Shown in pieces: positions 61,360-64,000 of a stretch of 64,000 nt of DNA (positions within the stretch are counted from its first letter, which is position 1; each line of letters opens with the position of its first letter). The notes under the pieces are model-generated. The model had not been told where the DNA came from. It made no database searches and was given only the letters and a program-made list of their open reading frames with translations. Made by a program: the position numbers and the translations under genes. Source of the DNA: Heptranchias perlo (lineage: Eukaryota); contig NC_090328.1 in assembly GCF_035084215.1 (NCBI RefSeq), positions 5,642,001 through 5,706,000 on the forward strand, written 5' to 3'.

Positions 61360-64000
61360 GCTGAGAGGAGCGGCTCAGAGCAGAGGGAGCTGCGACGGAC
61401 TTCAAAGTGACGTCAGGAATCAGAAAGGGACGCGACACAGGGCAGGAACCTGATTGGTAAGTAGGTTCAGGTGAGTATTTCTACTATTCTACAGTAACTA
61501 AAGTAAAAAGAAAGGCAAGGTCTGTAGCTCTTCCAGCAAGCAGTGTTTTTTAGTGAATCAAGGTCCCTAGTGTAGTTAACATTCTCTAAATTAAGAGTAA
61601 TTTAAAGGAGTAAACTCCTTAAAGGGAGTAACTAACGAGCTTAATCTCAGGCAAGTCATGGCTCGCACCCGTGATATGCTCCTCCTGCACTATGTGGGAA
61701 GTCGTAGACACTACCGGTGTCTCTGGCAACTGTGTGTGCAGGAAGTGTGTCCAGCTGCAGCTACTGGCTAACCACATTTCGGAGCTGGAGCTGCGGGTGG
61801 ATTCACTGTGGAGCATCCGCGATGCTGAGATTATCGTCGATAGCACGTTCAGTGAAGTGGTCACACCGCAGGTAAAGATTACGCAGGCAGAAAGGAAATG
61901 GGTGACCGCCAGGAAGAGTCGAAGGACTAGGCAGGTAGAGCAGGAGTCCCCTGGGGCCATCTCCCTCTCATACAAATATTCTGCTTTAGATACTGTTGGG
62001 GGAGATGGCTTATCAGGGGAAAGCAGCAAGAGCCAAATTCGTGGCACCACGGGTGGCTCTGCTGCACAGGAGGGGAGGAATAAGAGTGGCAGAGCTATAG
62101 TGATGGGGGATTCAATTGTAAGGGGAACAGATAGGCGTTTCTGTGGCCGCAAACGTGACTCCAGGATGGTATGTTGCCTCCCTGGTGCTAGGGTCAAGGA
62201 TGTCACGGAGCGGCTGCAGGGCATTCTGGAGGGGGAGGGTGAACAGCCAGTAGTCGTGGTCCATATCGGTACCAACGACATAGGTAAAAAAAGGGATGAG
62301 GTCCTGCAAGGTGAATTTAAGGAATTAGGAGATAAATTAAAAAGCAGGACCTCAAAGGTAGTGATCTCAGGATTACTACCAGTGCCACGTGCTAGTGAGT
62401 ATAGGAACAGGAGAATAGACAGGATGAATGTGTGGCTGCAGGGATGGTGTAGGAGGGAGGGATTTAGATTCCTGGGACATTGGGACCGGTTCTGGGGAAG
62501 GTGGGACCTGTACAAGCGGGACGGGTTACACCCGAGCAGGACCGGGACCAATGTCCTCGTGGGGGTGTTTGCTAGTGCTGTTGGGGAAGGTTTAAACTAG
62601 AATGGCAGGGGGATGGGAACCTGAGCAGGGAGACAGAGGAGGGGGAAACAAGGATCGAAACAAAAGACAGAAAGAGGAGAAGCAATAGTGGAAGGCAGAG
62701 AAAACAAGCGCGTAAAACAAATAGGGTCATAGTGCAAAATAAAACAATCTTAAAAAGACAAGTCTAAAGGCATTGTGTCTTAATGCGAGGAGCATTCACA
62801 ATAAGGTAGATGAATTAACAGCCCAAAGAGATATTAACGGTTATGATATAGTTGTGATTACGGAGACATGGCTGCAGGCTGACCAAGGATAGGAACTGAA
62901 CATCCAGAGGTATTCAATATTTAGGAAGGACAGGCAAAAAGGGAAAGGAGGTGGGGTAGTTTTGTTAGTAAAGGAGGAAATCAATGCAATAGTGAGGAAG
63001 GATATTGGCTCGGAAAATCAGGATGTGGAATCTGTATGGGTGGAGCTAAGAAACACCAAGGGGCAGAAAACGTTGGTGGGGGTTGTCTATAGGCCCCCAA
63101 ACAGTAGTGAAGATGCAGGGGAGGGCATTAAACAGGAAATTAGAGATGCATGCAAGAAGAGTACAACTATAATCATAGGTGACTTAACATACATATAGAT
63201 TGGTCAAACCAAATTAGCAATAATACTGTGGGGGAGGAATTCCTGGAGTGTGTACATGATGGTTTTCTAGACCAATACATTGAGGAACCAACTAGAGGAC
63301 AGGCGATCCTAGACTGGATAACGTGCAATGAGAAAGGATTAATTAACAATCTTGTTGTGCGGGGTCCCTTAGGGAAGAGCGACCATAACATGATAGAATT
63401 CTTCATTAAGATGGAGAGTGAAGTCGTTGAATCCGAAACTAGGGTCCTGAATCTAAATACAGGAAATTATGAAAGTATGAGGTGTGAGTTGGCTATGATA
63501 GATTGGGGAACTTTACTAAAAGGGATGATGGTGGATAGGCAATGGCTAATATTTAAAGAATGTGTGCAGGAATTACAACAATTATTCATTCCTGTCTGGC
63601 GCAAAAATAAAACAGGAAAGGTAGCTCAACAGTGGCTTACAAAAGAAATTAGGGATAGTATTAGATCCAAAGAGGAGACATACAAAATTGCCAGAAAAAG
63701 CGGCAAGCCTGAGGATTGGGAGCAGTTCAGAATTCAGCAAAGGAGAACAAAGAGATTGATTAAGAGGGGAAAAATAGAGTATGAGAGTAAACTAGCAGGG
63801 AACATAAAAACTGACTGTAAAAGCATCTATAAATATGTCAAGAGAAAAAGATTAGTGAAGACAAATGTAGGTCCCTTACAGTCAGAAATGGGGGAAATTA
63901 TAATGGGGAACAAAGAAATGGCAGAACAATTAAACACATACTTTGGTTCTGTCTTCACAAAGGAGGATACAAATAACCTGCCAGAAATGTTAGGGAACCA
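61360..64000 (+). mobile_element. CR1 LINE 5' part (5' UTR, ORF1, disrupted ORF2), runs off the right edge; 5' boundary approximate
   Basis: ORF1 followed by an APE domain (LCLNARS, ITETWL, YRPP, SDH) with stops and frameshifts. Confidence 0.93.
61671..62600 (+). CDS. CR1 ORF1p (zinc finger/coiled coil + SGNH esterase domain)
   Basis: CSSC...CRKC, GDSIVRG, CLPGA, HIGTND and DGLH motifs. The nearest ATG (61658) is out of frame, so the copy may be non-functional. Confidence 0.88.
   Translation: MICSSCTMWEVVDTTGVSGNCVCRKCVQLQLLANHISELELRVDSLWSIRDAEIIVDSTFSEVVTPQVKITQAERKWVTARKSRRTRQVEQESPGAISLSYKYSALDTVGGDGLSGESSKSQIRGTTGGSAAQEGRNKSGRAIVMGDSIVRGTDRRFCGRKRDSRMVCCLPGARVKDVTERLQGILEGEGEQPVVVVHIGTNDIGKKRDEVLQGEFKELGDKLKSRTSKVVISGLLPVPRASEYRNRRIDRMNVWLQGWCRREGFRFLGHWDRFWGRWDLYKRDGLHPSRTGTNVLVGVFASAVGEGLN

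Noticed and set aside
61619-62551. 310-aa antisense ORF over CR1 ORF1
   Set aside because: Shadow frame of the LINE ORF1; no independent motifs.

Overview
Eukaryotic, repeat-dense vertebrate DNA. The repeat complement (CR1 and L2 LINEs, tRNA-headed Deu-domain SINEs, Penelope-like elements) points to a cartilaginous fish (inference). Most of the window is transposon and minisatellite sequence, and most short ORFs in the track are artefacts of those repeats. Two host genes lie on the minus strand. (1) The first coding exon of a TESK1-type kinase is at 24096-24314; no second exon was recognised in the 24 kb downstream. (2) A Siglec-15-like Ig receptor is built from three phase-1/1 V-set exons (60133-60525, 58034-58396, 55276-55638) and a transmembrane exon carrying an intramembrane Lys (46117-46216). 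A very short tail exon may follow. All three V domains lack the Arg that binds sialic acid, and no C2-set exon is visible. The third V domain arose by unequal crossing-over between two Penelope copies; the hybrid junction is readable at about 56182-56194. Other content: one CR1 with an intact ORF2, two solo LTRs with target-site duplications, Penelope minimal hammerhead motifs, and several large minisatellites with nested insertions.
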